DNA of 64,000 nt from Ostrea edulis (Eukaryota). Both the position numbers and the translations under genes were made by a program. Under the pieces are notes generated by a model that saw only the letters and a list, made by a program, of their open reading frames with translations, had not been told where the DNA came from and ran no database searches. Below are positions 48,266 through 61,796 of the stretch, one piece after another; the first letter of the stretch is position 1; each line of letters starts with the position of its first letter. The DNA lies in assembly GCF_947568905.1 (NCBI RefSeq), contig NC_079167.1, forward strand, positions 11,036,001 through 11,100,000. The letters are read 5' to 3'.

Positions 48266-49924
48266 TTTTATTGAGATTCATTAATATGCAAGGAAATTAT
48301 GGATATTTTCATTTTACGGGTGTTTTTTCAACATCATTGACTTAGTCATTCTCTTTTACATTTGTAATGATCTGTTCTTTCACAGAGACTACTGCATTAG
48401 TTTAGGAGAGGGTATAATGGAATCATCAGTCCATTGTTTGTCTGCCCATCTGTCTGTGGATGATTTTGTTAATAAAAGATGTGTCGTTTTCTGGCTCATG
48501 TACGCTGAATAGTAGTTATCCATGTAATATCATTCAGAAATTATATCAAGTATATCTTCAATATTCAATAATCTACTGCTGAATATATAGTTTTGCATTT
48601 ACATTAATTGTTCTCAAGAATCTTCATGTCAAAAGGATGTATTTATTCTTCAATGAGCACAAATTCACTATTTCTCACCATCCAATATGTCCTGCAGGGG
48701 TATTAGTCCCGCTAGGACAGTTCTAGTTATAAATGTAACTTATTACTGAATTTGAACAACGTGTGTTTACATGAACATGTTTCGATACTATATAGTATAT
48801 TAAGTTGTAAGATCTTGTATCCAAGCCATTTGGATTATATACATAATGTACAATGGAATATGTTCATCTGAACCATTCAATACATATATAATCACAAGAA
48901 ACATTACACGTAGGCTTACGACACAGAGACAAAAATAAATGTTAGCTGTATACTAGTATCAGGATTTCATAGCATTTCTCATTTATGTAAGTATCGTATC
49001 AAATGCAACACTTCCAACCTTAAAAATTTACTGGTAAGCAAGTGCCTGACAAGTTAAATTCATACAGTAAACTTGATCTTTTTTTGCAAATGAAAACATT
49101 GTTAGAAACTGAGATATTCAGAAGTTTGAAACTGCCAATATTCTAGAATGAGATTCGTAAGTTAGAAAATATCTGGTCGTAATTTAGAAATTGAATGTGA
49201 ACGTTACAATGTACAACATGAATAAACAGATATGATTGTATAAGTATTGTGGAACAAAAATATGTCAGGAATAGAAATAAAATATATTTTGTATCTCTTT
49301 GTCAATTACATGTATCATATAATCTTGTTAAATACACAAACGTTCATATTATAAATTTTATATGGCCGTCATAACATAGACGGATCATATTATGGTACAG
49401 TATGGGGTAGTGTGTTTGTCGGTCTGTATGTCCATCTGTAAGCATCTTGTGCGTCAATTGAAAACTACTAATAAGACTAGGATCATCAAACGTGGTACAC
49501 ATGTCCACAAGGATTAGAATATTCGTCATATTTTCATAGCAGTATAATACAAAATGAAGATCACGAACAGCCTATAAAACGATCAAAGGTCGTTTATTTT
49601 ACTAAGTTCTAAAATTAGCAAGAAAAAAACAACTAGCGAAAACGAGCTCGAAAACTACACATGACGGATGTAACCTAACGAGGGTTTATCGATATGGTTC
49701 TGTCTTAATTGGCAAGCTGAAATTTCTTGTCGTACCGGCGACGTTTGTTCCATTTCAATTTTTTTTCTTAAGACGGCATTCTTATCATGAAGCTTCGAAA
49801 CCAACTGTCAAGCGAACTTGTTAATCAGATTATATTTAACAAAAGCAAATAAATTACTGTCTTGATTGCAATCGTTGCACAGTGCTTATTTTCTTGAATT
49901 CAACTCAATAGATGCATTGATTAT

Positions 49925-50236
49925 TAAGAAATAAAGTCCATGTTGTCTTGGAGGTTGCAGGATAACCCCCGAAGCCGAGAAATGTCTTGGAAAATAAAAG
50001 CCGAGGCGTCGGCTGAAGCTTTTATATTACAAACTATTGGAGTCCGAGGTGGTTATCCTGCATCGTCTACGGAAACAAGAACTTTATTTCTGTTCTACTC
50101 GTTTATACAACTACGAATTAGGTCACCGTGACGTCATAGCAGTTTCCGAAACGGACTAGGCCTACTTGTGTTTTGCTGACGAAAAAGGTGAGATGGTAGG
50201 GTATACTAGATCTATTTTGAAAAATATTTCAAGTAT
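49925..50236 (-). mobile_element. Second copy of the palindrome-bearing repeat
   Basis: ctacgaattaggtcaccgtgacgtcatagcagtttcc..ctgacgaaaaaggtgagatggtaggg is the reverse complement of about 20010-20100. Confidence 0.7.
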
Positions 50237-50996
50237 TTAGTTTGATGTGAAGAGATTATACATATGAACTGCTTTGAATACAAAGTCCAAGAAAATTACA
50301 AAACCGTGGAAGAATTTAACTTCTCTGTGTAACGCCATCTTTGTGTACATGTTAATCGACCTCGGAATGCAGACGATTGATTTATATTCTTCAGTCATTT
50401 TGCAACATATAATGATTATTTTTTTATGATTATAGAATTGAATGATCAATTATCGACTTTATTGTTGTGTTAACAAACCAGGAAGTGCAAACGAGATGTG
50501 CAGCGTTCTTCTCCCAATCAGTTATTACGTATGAAAGTATATCGCAGAATAATGGCCACGACATTAATCTAATCTCTGTAATAACCGTGATACGAGAGGA
50601 ATTGTATATCGTGTGTTGTACTCTGTAAATGGTAAATTCATAAAAACATACATGTATTAATAAAAATAAAAGGAGGCCATATTGTTTGTTTCTAGTATAA
50701 CATTCTAGAAATATAATCGCTCTCGCTGGGTCATAATTGCCTTCAGTACAGGTTATGAAGAGTTGTCGTTCTTGCTCATACGAGATCGTCCCATCCGTAG
50801 GAGCTTCAAAAACATATAAAAGTTGATTTTCATTTGTCAAAATTCAATTAATTTTTTTTTCAAACATTAAACATAAATTGTCTTAGAAAACTTAGAAAGG
50901 TTTGCATATACAGTGTACACCAAATTTGTAAATAAAAAAAAATCGACATAATGCGTATTAATAAGTGAATGTTTTAATAGAATATTTCGTGATTTA

Positions 50997-52660
50997 TTTT
51001 AGCTCACCTGAGCTGAGAGTTCAAGTGAGCTTTTTTGATTACCTTTTGTATGTCGTCCGTCCGTCTGTTTGTCTGTAAACTTTTTACAACTGAACCAATT
51101 TCAATCAAACTTAGCACAAATCATCCTTGGGCTAAAGAGATTCGCACCTGAGATTTAGTGAATGTCATTTTTTTTGAAAGTGTATTTTTGATTTTAACAT
51201 TGAAGGAAAATTAGGAAATTAAAAAGAAAAACTGGGGTAGCAACGCTTGTTATTGAGCTACAGTGTTCTAAACATGGCCTTTTTGCACTTAAAATGTATT
51301 CAGTTAAACTTGATTTGTCTGTTTGTGTCAAAACAACATAAGCAACACAAATCAATCATTACATAAAATAGATATATAATCATGTCTTTAAAAAAAAGTT
51401 CAATACTGCTAATAGATAATGACCTTTTTGCACTTGATATACAAAAAAATTCATGATATCAAATTTGAGAGTTTTAAAGGACATATTACCAGTAATATCA
51501 ATTTCTAAAATTCCACATGATTTTCAAGGTCTTGTATTAAAATGAAATTTTAAAACGTGGGAGTTAGAGACAAAATTTATAAATCATTGGCATTAACTTT
51601 ATTTTTATACAAAATTTCGAGTAAATTGATTTAAACTTTTTAAAGAATCGGTGCTTTGTTTGGAAAAATATATCAATCAAATTAATGAATTGCAACATTT
51701 GAACTAGTTCCAAGTCTCAACTATATGTACTTGTATCATAAATTGTAAAACTGAAATACACGTATAGGAGTATACAAATAGATATATTGGATGAAACAGA
51801 AACTGTGATATCACACAGATTTATAATTTTTGATTAATCAATCCTCCCGCCACAAAATATAGACCCTGCCAAACCCTTTTAAATTTGAATTGACGCAATT
51901 TTTTCAGCTGGATAGGATTCAGTAATAGATGTGTAATATGTTTGCACCAATGGGATCAATATTGAACCAGTAAATACTTCGTTGTAGCATCCTGCGCAGT
52001 TGTGTTGGAAAACTCAGGAGTTAACTTCTTTAAGGGGTTAAGTTTGTTTAGACTTAAAAGGGGAGATAACAAAGATGAGACAAACATTGGATGGGATCAT
52101 TTAAAAATCTTTTAAAGAACTATTGGGCCCGAAAATTTGAAATTTACATGAAAACTTCCCGACATGGTGTAGGTTCAAGTTTGTTCAAATCAGGCCCCCT
52201 CCCCCGGCATAAGATGGGGGCTCCAATAGGATATCAAAATTTTACATGCCGATATACTGGAAAAATCTTAATAACCACTGGACTAGAAAGCTTCTTGACA
52301 TACAGTATATTCAAGATTGTTGAAATTATGGACTCCGGGGGTAGGATGGGGCCACAATAGGGGATCAAAGTTTTACATGCCGAGATATATGGGGAAATCT
52401 TATAGAATCTTCTTTTCAAAAACAATAGGAACAAATTAATCATGCTAATATGCAAGCATTCCTAGGTAGTGCAAATTCAAGTTTATTCAAGGGATCAAAG
52501 TTTTACATAGGAATTTACACAGAAATATCTTTTAAAAATTTCATCTCAACAGAAGCAGGTCCATCATTAGCTATAGTGGTATGCAAGTATCTTCATGTAG
52601 TTTAAATTGAAGTTTGTTCCATTCAGGGGCCCTGGGGATAAGGTGGGTCCGTAATAGGGG
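50997..52660 (-). mobile_element. HINE-like element, apparently interrupted by an AT-rich insertion at about 51146-52020
   Basis: ttttagctcacctgagctgagagttcaagtgagc terminal hairpin; gtccgtc microsatellite; satellite-like gggatcaaagttttacat repeats. Confidence 0.55.
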
Positions 52661-53929
52661 ATCAAACTTAAGTTTTACGGGGGGAAGATACATAAAATGA
52701 ATTTTGCAGGGTCACACTAAATAATATCCAAATACAAATGATCCCAAATTGTGTGGATTCAACTATAGTCGGAGGCAAATTGTTTTGTTTTGTCTATTTG
52801 TCCGAAGCTTTAACCTTGACCTTAACTTTTGAATGGTGAGTGGCATGACTCTCATAATTTATATGCACATTGCCTTTTCTTTATTGCCAAGAATTTTAAC
52901 CTTATGACCTTGACCTACTTTAAAGAAAACATAACCTATTGAATATCTCTTAAACTATTTAAGGTAGGTCTTTCATAATTTGGATATAGATTCCTTGTAG
53001 TAAAGTCTTACACTTAATGATGTTACAGATGTCCATGGTTTTGTAGGGGGAGTCAATTTAGTCATAGGTATGTACATGTACAGCATGAATTAAAATCAAA
53101 TTTGCATATATACTTGCACTTTAATTAAGGGAAACCAAAATCAAATGAATACCACTTAAACCCGCTAGTTTGCATGCATAGTATCCGAATGATTAGCTTA
53201 TAAATACATGTATATATTTTCATTAATTGCATGCACTATATGTATATTGATCACTGTTCGTTATCTTCACCTTTCATTGACAAGAATCTCCCATTTTTAA
53301 CTATCTATACCTACAGTAAATGCTATGTATATGTATACATTTTGTGAGATTTCCAGAAAAAGTAACAAAGAATAACTTGTTTTGACGTACATGCATGTTA
53401 GTCTTCAACGATCGGTACATTATAATTGATGATTATGAAGACTTACTTTTTCAAAACAGAGAATTATTAAGTTATACAAGAAACTAAGATGCTTATAATA
53501 CCATTGCATGGTGCTCTATATACATATATTCATAATTTACTTTTCTAACAAGAGGCTCGTCGGTTGCATTGCTGATCCACTTAACATGGGTTTATCATTA
53601 ATTTGCGTTAAACTCCTTCAGACACTATTTGAACAAAACCTTTGAACTTATATTGTTCGTTCTAGATATTGCTATGCTATGTTCTAGATATTGATATGCT
53701 ATTGATCGATATCACTATTTTGCAGGTGGTGCATTGCAAACAAGATTAAAGAAGGGGTTAAATGTCGTTGGAGTAGACGAGAGAAACGATATGGTCAGAT
53801 CCTGCAAGAGACTCCTGTATTAATTTAATTAAAATCTTAATTTCTCGATTAACAGAAATGTTTGAAATCTATATTAACCTTTTTTGGTTTTCTTTTTCAT
53901 GAGCCTTCTAATCGGTGTTAAATAGTAAA

Positions 53930-54840
53930 CTAAACTGACTGCATTGGCTCTAGATAGAATATCATGCAATATTTGAATTGACATAGAAAGACATTCAGTG
54001 CCTGCATTGACTCGTGCAAGAGGTCGTCTCATGTCTGCATTGACCTGACATATACATGTAAGGTCATTCGATCCCTGCATAGGCTGTACAAATGCTTGTA
54101 TTGACTCTGAAAAAGGTCATCTACTACCTACATTGTCCATACATATAAGCTCATTCAGGGCATGCAATGGCTTTAATAGGTAATTGCATATGACTCTTGA
54201 GAGAATCGTCTCATGTCTGCATCACTCTACATATATCGGGATCAGGCAGTGTCGTCACCGGCTATTAAAAGAGTGTTTTGTTGCATACATTGGCTCTTGG
54301 AAAAAGTGGTCCAATGCCTGTATTGGCCTTGGGGGAGAAGTACAATACTTGTATTGGCCGTTGAGATTCATTCAATGTCTGTATTGGCCCCAGAAAGAGT
54401 CGACCAATGCCTGCATTGGCTCTTAAAAGAGTGATACAATGCCTGCATTGGCTCTTAAAGTCACCCAATGCCTGCATCGGCTCTTGACAGAGTCGTCCAA
54501 TGCCTGCATTGGCTCTTGAGGGAGTGGTCAAATGCCTGTATTGGCTCGTGTGAGAGTGGTCCAATGCGTGCATTGGCTTTTGAAAGAGTTTTCATACGTG
54601 CCTGCATTTACTCATGAAGAGTATTTCGTTGCCTGCATCCCAAGAGAGTAGTTCAATGCCAACATTGACCCTGGAAAGGTAGGATAAATGCCTGCATTTG
54701 CCGTTGAGTGGTCCAATACCTGCATTAACCATCGAGAGTCGCCCAATACCTGTAATGGCTTTTGAGAGAGTTGTACAATGCTAGAGTCACACAGTGCTGG
54801 TATTTGCTTTACGGATAGTGTGAAATTCCTGCATTGACTT
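53930..54840. repeat. Degenerate ~31-bp minisatellite (ccaatgcctgcattggctcttgagagagtgg-like)
   Basis: aatgcctg(c/t)attggc recurs about every 31 nt between 54311 and 54790. Confidence 0.8.
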
Positions 54841-54956
54841 TGAAATGAAAACATTCTCCTCCATTGTGATTCTTGTGACTTCGACATTAGAGTTTGAACT
54901 ACTTTGAAGAAAACATAACCTGTTAAATATTTATCTCTTGGTTGCTTAAGGAAGGG

Positions 54957-55263
54957 TTATTTTTTTAACGTCCCGCTCGAGAATTTCTCACTGATATGAA
55001 GACGTCAGGGCTGCAAAATGTAGGCCTATGCTCGACGCTTACGGCCTTTGACTGCAGGGAGCGATCTTTATCGTGCCACACCTGCTGTGACTCGGGGCCT
55101 CGGTTGGTTGGTTGTCTTATGTCCCACTCGAGAATTTTTCACTCACATGAAGATGTCGGAGGCTTCGGTTTTTGCGGTCTCGTCCCAAGGACCGCCCCAT
55201 TTAGTCGCCTCGTACGACAAGCAAGGGTATTAGGGACTTATTCTAACCCGGATCCCCACGGGC
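54957..55263 (-). mobile_element. Family A SINE with an internal second SINE tail fragment (55103-55157)
   Basis: Reverse complement of the family A body; extra ttggttggttgtc..ctcgagaatttttcactc insert. Confidence 0.75.
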
Positions 55264-55619
55264 CTATAAGGTAGGGCTTTCATATTTTGTACATACAAAA
55301 TGTACATTCTTTATGGCAAGGCCTTGTGATACCATGGTGTTTGATCTTGTGAAATTGACCTTGGAGTTTGACATACTTTTAAAAATCGTGATCTGTTCAA
55401 TATCTCCTGAACTATTTAAGGTAGAGCTTTCATATTTTGTATATATATTTCTCATGGCAAGACTTTTCATTTTATACCATGATATATGACATTGTGGCCA
55501 TGAACTTCTCCAGAACAGCAAGTTGAAGAAATTCCTGTTACTGATTAAGATTCGGATGATTCGGACTTTGAGGAATCCCTTTGCGGTGTTTTCCAATATT
55601 ATCATAATAACTATTTTTA

Positions 55620-55925
55620 TTTTATAAAACTTCATTTATGAGATATAAAGTTTATGAGATAATTTATAAAACATATAAGATAGTTTATATGTTTTATAAT
55701 CTTATAAAAATAAATTTATGAGATATCTTCTATTTTCATAAGGTATCTCATAAACTTCATAAGATATCTTGTTTAATATTCAGATATCTTGCATGTATAT
55801 AGTTTATAAGATGTCTTATATATTTTATGAGATATCTTAAACAATTTACTAGATATCTTTTCAAAATTTGAAGATATCTCATAAATCGTATAAGATATTT
55901 CTATAGAGAAATAAATATAGATATG
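55620..55925. repeat. AT-rich low-complexity region with direct and inverted tttatgagatat / ataagatatct motifs
   Basis: Read directly. Confidence 0.6.
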
Positions 55926-56960
55926 GCGTGTCATAGAAGAGGAAATAAGGCTGACTACCCGATTGGAACATGGTGGAGGAGGAGGAGATGATAGAGGCGG
56001 GCATGACCTAGAACGAACTCTGTTGGGTTACTGAATACTGGAGGGCTGGAGGGAATTTTGTTGGTGCGCCTTATGTCTCGTGATGTGGGATGAGGGGGAG
56101 GGGGGGGGGGGGTAAGTAGCTAAATACATATATTATCATATAACTCTTATCTTTGAAATTTTAGGGGGTGAGGGATACGCCCCATTTCCCTGAATCCACC
56201 AGTGTGACAGTTATTGGTCATGCCTTTTTATGACATACAATACAAATGAAAAGTTATACAATAGAAATGAAAAATTATACAATGCAAATAAAATTTATAC
56301 AATACCAATTAAAGGAAAAGTTTTATATAAAACAAATTGTGACAAAGATCAAATATTGCAACGTTTGAAATGCTATGTTTCATGTCATGTAGTGCAATAT
56401 GGGTATTTTAATGATTTTGTGATAAGATATTCCTAATTAATTTATTATTTCGAATCAATGATTTAAAAACGCATTTTTTAATCAGAAATTAATCAATTTG
56501 TAGTCGTAATCGATTGTGTTGTAAATGCAAATTTTAAAAATGAAGTACAGTGTTATGCTCTTCAGGAAAATATACTTTTAATTATTGTGAAGTTTCACAT
56601 TAAATTTTACCATAATCATGCATATGGTACTATAAATAACACATTTTGCAAGTTATAAAAAGAGGTTCATTAATTATTCAGCATTATATGTGGCTATAAA
56701 AAAAATGGGGAGATAGGGTCTTCTTAGCAAAGCTGGAACTACACTTAGCTGTACATGTTATGTGGGAATGCTTTCAGATTACTCAGTGATATGCAATAAA
56801 CCACTGTAATGTAGTTCAAATGATTTATATTGTTGTTTGGCATGTATTTTCTTGAATATATTTAGCACCCATTGTTAATGCATGGTTCCATCATCCATTT
56901 AAACATAAATCAAAACGTGAATATCAGCAATATTTGACTATTCCTTTTAGATTTTATTAT

Positions 56961-57300
56961 CTAGCCGAGTAGCTAAGTAGGTTAGTGTGTCGATTGCTGA
57001 AATGTAGATCAAGGGTTCGAAAAAGAGAAGAAAAAAAGGTGTGTCGATATCGAAGGCTCGAAAAAGAGGGGGAAAAAAAGGTGTCGATTGCTGAAATGTA
57101 GATCGAGGGCTCGAAAAAGAGAGAAAAAAAGGTGTGAGAAAAAGGTGTGTCGATTGTTGAAATGTAAATCGAGGGTTCAAAAAAGAGAAGGAAAAAAAAG
57201 GTGTGCCGATTGCTGAAATCTAGATCGAGGGTTCGAGTCCAGCAGAGGTTTAAATTGTTTTCGGATGACTTTCTACTAAAACTGCATTTTTGACTGGTAG
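56961..57300 (+). mobile_element. tRNA-derived SINE with a tandemly amplified anticodon/T-arm segment
   Basis: A-box-like tagctaagtagg; five gtgtcgattgctgaaatgtagatcgagggttcg-type units separated by purine tracts; final B box ggttcgagtcc. Confidence 0.6.
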
Positions 57301-57559
57301 TTTTTTAAAGTTTTTATTTCATAACATTGTTTTACACATTCTCCACTTTTCATCCATATCAAATTTCTCTGGTGTAGTATTCATCCTTAAAAACAAAGTT
57401 ATGTTTTTAAGGAGTTTTTATTCATATTCCATTCGTTGTGAGCCTTCCTTGAGAATACAGGAGCCATGGGTTGTGCAGTCTTAATTCCCGTGGATGAAGG
57501 CATACATAGTCTTGTATTTTGAAAATCATGTAATCCCTCAAAGAACTAGGAATGATAAT

Positions 57560-58040
57560 AATAATATCCTTTATTTATACAGGATTGCACAATTAGTTAT
57601 ATAAACTAGTTTACATTGTGGTCCTGTCTATAACATATATACAACTGTACATATCGAGAACATATATCACAAAGCATGGAAAGATCACAATTTATATACA
57701 AACAGATAAGAACTAAATGAAAAGAAACAATAAACATATGAGTATCATTGAGGATCAAAATAATGTTTAGATAGGCTGATTTAAAAAATGTGGTAGTTGT
57801 GCATTTTCTTATAAAATCTGGTAATGAGTTCCATAAAATTGCTGCTGAAATGATAAAAGATCTTCTAAAATATTCTGTTTTGGCTCTTGTAACGTAAATA
57901 AAATTAGTAGAGCTCTGTCTTGTATTTCTTGTGTTTACCTCATTCACAAATCTAAAAATATGCAAATACTCTGGATTCATATTCTGTAAAACTTTAAACA
58001 TAAGAATAATTTTTCGATAAATAAGATGATATTATTGTTT
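57560..58040 (-). mobile_element. 3' fragment of a CR1/L2-group LINE with (ATT)n tail
   Basis: ORF 57606-58001: RNTRQ..KTEYFRRSFIISAAILWNSLPDFIR..FFKS, a typical post-RT C-terminus; ends aataaaggatattattattatc. Confidence 0.75.
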
Positions 58041-58949
58041 AGCCGCCTACCTTCTGGTAAATTTTCACAAAGTTATAAGTTTTAAATAACCAATTTTTAT
58101 GTCATTATAGTTATTTATATGAATTTTCATAAAAGTTAATTTATTTGACAAAACAAAGAGAGATAACTCTATAATTTGGAATAAAACCATGTATTTCACT
58201 ATAGAAATCAATGGAAAATGAGAAATATTTTCAAACATCCCCCGCCCCCTGAGAAACACCTTTTATATGTATTATAGATTGTGTCATTTAGTAAATTAAT
58301 ACCAAAACTTTTGGTGTTTCAAAGGGGAGGGGGTATGTTTACAGACCAAAACATGGTGAAAATTTTCACTCTTTGATCAACTGCGAATGAGGTTAAAGTA
58401 ATGAAGATTGACCATTTTTACTCAATAATATAAAGTAAATTGACTAAATGGTTATCTATTTATGATAATAAGCATTTTAAAATATGCATGTGTATGACGT
58501 GTTGTTTTTTTTTTTTTTAAAAATCTGGTTTCAAGGAACACATTTTTGTACCCCTAACCAAAAGGAGTTGAAATTAAGAGCAATTAATTAACACTAGTAC
58601 TAAGGTTAATAACCAATTACTGATGCATTCTACTTTGCATTTTAAAAAAAATCTCGTTAGCAAATTTGCAAAGCGTTTTTAGATATACGAGTTGAAAATG
58701 TAGGCGGGAATCCAGAGTTAATGTGCATAGTTCTTTATTCCCTTGATGTTTAGATCCTCTAACTTACATGTTTCAGATCACGAAAACGTGGTATAGTCAG
58801 ACCACCGTTTGATTGGTTGTGACGGGATACTAGTACAGTTGCTTAATAACAACCACAAGCCTATGCCACCTATTAAATTATCAGGCTAAATATTATTTCA
58901 TCCTATAGATAAGACCAATGCACTTTATTCATTTTTGCCAATATTTCTA

Positions 58950-61295
58950 CCATGCACCAAGAACCTGATATACCACTACATGGTCCAGGACCTTCTATGT
59001 ATCATTCTCTTGATGATATCAGTATATCTGAACAAGAAGTACTTGATCAACTATTGGTATTGAATATTAACAAACCTCCGAGTCCTAATGGTTTACCACC
59101 TAGAATCCTAAAAAATATAGCCTCATCAATTTACAAGCCTCTTACAAAATTATTCAATCTATCATTATCCCTGGGTAAACTTCCAAGATTATGGAAGATA
59201 GCTCAAATTACACCAATTTACAAAAATAAAGGTAGTGCACAAGATGTAAACAACTATAGGCCAATATCAGTCACATCAGCTCTTTGTAAAATATTGGAAA
59301 AATCATTTTTAAGCATCTTTACAACTACGTCTTAGACAACAACATTATCTACAAATATCAGTCTGGATTCCAACCTGGGGACTCAACCACAAACCAACTT
59401 GTTGAAATATATAACTCAATTATTTCAAGTCTCGACAAAAGTAACGATGTAAGGTTTATTTTCTGTGATATATCTAAAGCCTTCGACAGAGTCTGGCACA
59501 AAAGTATTCTATTTAAATTAAAACTCTACGGTATATCTGAACAAACTATTAAATGGGTTGATAACTATCTAACTCATAGATCTCAAAAAGTTGTCGTAGA
59601 TGGATTTACTTCTTCTAGAACTACAAATTCTGGAGTTCCTCAAGGGTCTGTTTTAGGACCATTTTTGTTTTTGTTATATATAAATGGCATATCTGATGAT
59701 CTGTCAAATTACTTTTTGCGGATGATACTTCTTTGTATGTTATTGTTGATGATGACATAATAACAACAGCTAATTCACTAACAAATGATCTTGAGAAAAT
59801 AAAGCAATGGTCTATAAAATGGGCTGTGGATTTTAATCCAAAAAAAACCCAAAAAACAACAACAACAATCAGTCTAGATATCACAAGAAAACATATCTCA
59901 CATCCTAAAGTAAAATTTGGTTACAATGGTCCGGAAATTATGAACACAGAAAATCATACTCATTTAGGATTAAAATTTCAATCTGATGGCACTTGGAGAT
60001 CACACATATTAGATATTCATGAAAAGGCATCTAATAGACTAAACATCTTACGTATGCTGAAATATACTTTAAATAGGCAATCTTTGATAAAAAAAAAATT
60101 AATTTTCTTTTATTCGCCCTGTTATGAATTTGGTAATTTAGTTTAGGATAATTGTACAGAAAGAGAATACAATTTACTAGAGAATGTTCGGGTTTCTGCA
60201 GCAAGAATAATCACTGGAATGAGAGTAAATTCTTCCAGGTCAGCACTATATGATGAATTGGGCTGGGATAGCTTATCAACCAGAAAAAAAGTTCATAAAC
60301 TTATTTTATTTTACAAAATAGTATATGGAATTGCTCCTCACTATCTTCAATAACTTTTGATGCCTTTCATTCCTCCACAAAATTTATATCAATTGAGAAA
60401 CTATGATAATCTTAAATTTATTCTTCCTCAAGTTAGGACCTCATCATATATGAATAGCTTTGTACCTTCAACAATTAAACTATGGAATGACCTACCTGCC
60501 CATATTAGAAACCTTCCTACACTAACATCATTTAAAACTGCTATAAAAAAATATGTACTACACTAAACCAAATAAACTGTTTAATCATGGTAAACGCAAT
60601 GCAAACATCTGGCATTGCCAATTGAGAAATAATGCTAGTAATCTAAATTTTGACTTGCATAGTCAATTTCTACGAGATGTTGCTACTTGTGTGGTCATCC
60701 TGCTGAAAATGCTTATCATTTTTTCTTTGAATGTGTTCAGTACTCAGTACAAAGAATTGCTCTTTTAGAGTCAATAAATGCAATGCAACTACAGGTTCCC
60801 ATATCATTAAAGTTATTGCTGAGTGGTGATGAGATTATTGGGTTCAAAGATATCATAAAGATTTTTAAATATATTATAGAAAGCAAAAGATTTTAAAAAT
60901 ACATTTAATACATGTGTGTTTGTTATGTATGTCTATTCTTATCATGTTGAGTCGGTACTCTCAATCTTTCTTTTTTTTTTCTCTCCTGTTGTACTTATTC
61001 GTTTTTTCTTTCATTATTTTTATTTGATTTCATTTTTTCTCTTTTGTATGTCATTTAGATCCCATTAATCATCCCACATTTCTATTTTGTTAGCCTATTA
61101 TTCATATAAAGAAATCATAATACTTATATAATCATTATATTTGGAATGATTTATTATCCTTTTACTTCATATCTATATTGTAATTTCTTGTGTGTATAAT
61201 TATGTCGACTTTACCTCGTACCTTAAAGGAGGTTTATATAGGCATTGCCTGCTGCCTAAACCTTATTATGTTATTCATAATAAAATACTGTTTAA
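58950..61295 (+). mobile_element. 5'-truncated, frameshifted CR1-clade LINE (RT + 3' UTR)
   Basis: NYRPISVTS, QSGFQPGDSTTNQL, FCDISKAFDRVWH, GVPQGSVLGPFLFLLYIN, FADDT, FNPKKT, HLGL, FVPSTIKLWNDLP, CGHPAENAYHFFFEC. Several stops and frameshifts. 3' end gcattgcctgctgcctaaacc..aataaaatactgtttaaa. Confidence 0.92.
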
Positions 61296-61389
61296 ATAAT
61301 ACAGTTGCTCAGCTGTACTTGCATCTTTCTAGAGATTCCCTGAATCTCTGGTTCGATCCTCGGTATTGTCAGTTATATTTTTCTTTTCA

Positions 61390-61796
61390 CAGCGGCGGAG
61401 GCAGACCCCCACCCCCCTAAAAATTTCAAATTTAAAGTAAATCATTGTCTCTTGTTTAGAAAAATGTAAACGATAAAAAAAACAACCCAATAATTTCTTT
61501 CACTCTCGGTGAAATAATGACAAAATCTTTTGGTTTATTGAATTACTTTTATTTGGGAGAACTTACATTTTTTCCAAAAGCTCTTAAATTTTGCATCATT
61601 TTATTAATTTGACCCTATTAAAAATGACAGAAAATAATAAAAATGACTACATAGGAGACATATTTCAAGCCCTATAAAATCTGTAAAATCCAGGAGCTTC
61701 GCCCCCGGGGGGAGGGGAGAGGGAGGCTCAAGGCGGCCCCCAGATCCCCTGCCTCATAAAGCTGCTCCCTAACCGCAATCCCTGAATCCGCCCCTG
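61390..61796. mobile_element. MITE with cag(c/g)ggcgga...tccgcccctg termini
   Basis: Imperfect inverted termini cagcggcgga / tccgcccctg; superfamily not determined. Confidence 0.45.

Noticed and set aside
54184-54887. Overlapping ORFs with NAGIG / NACIG repeats
   Set aside because: Derived from the degenerate ~31-bp minisatellite, whose period is not a multiple of 3.
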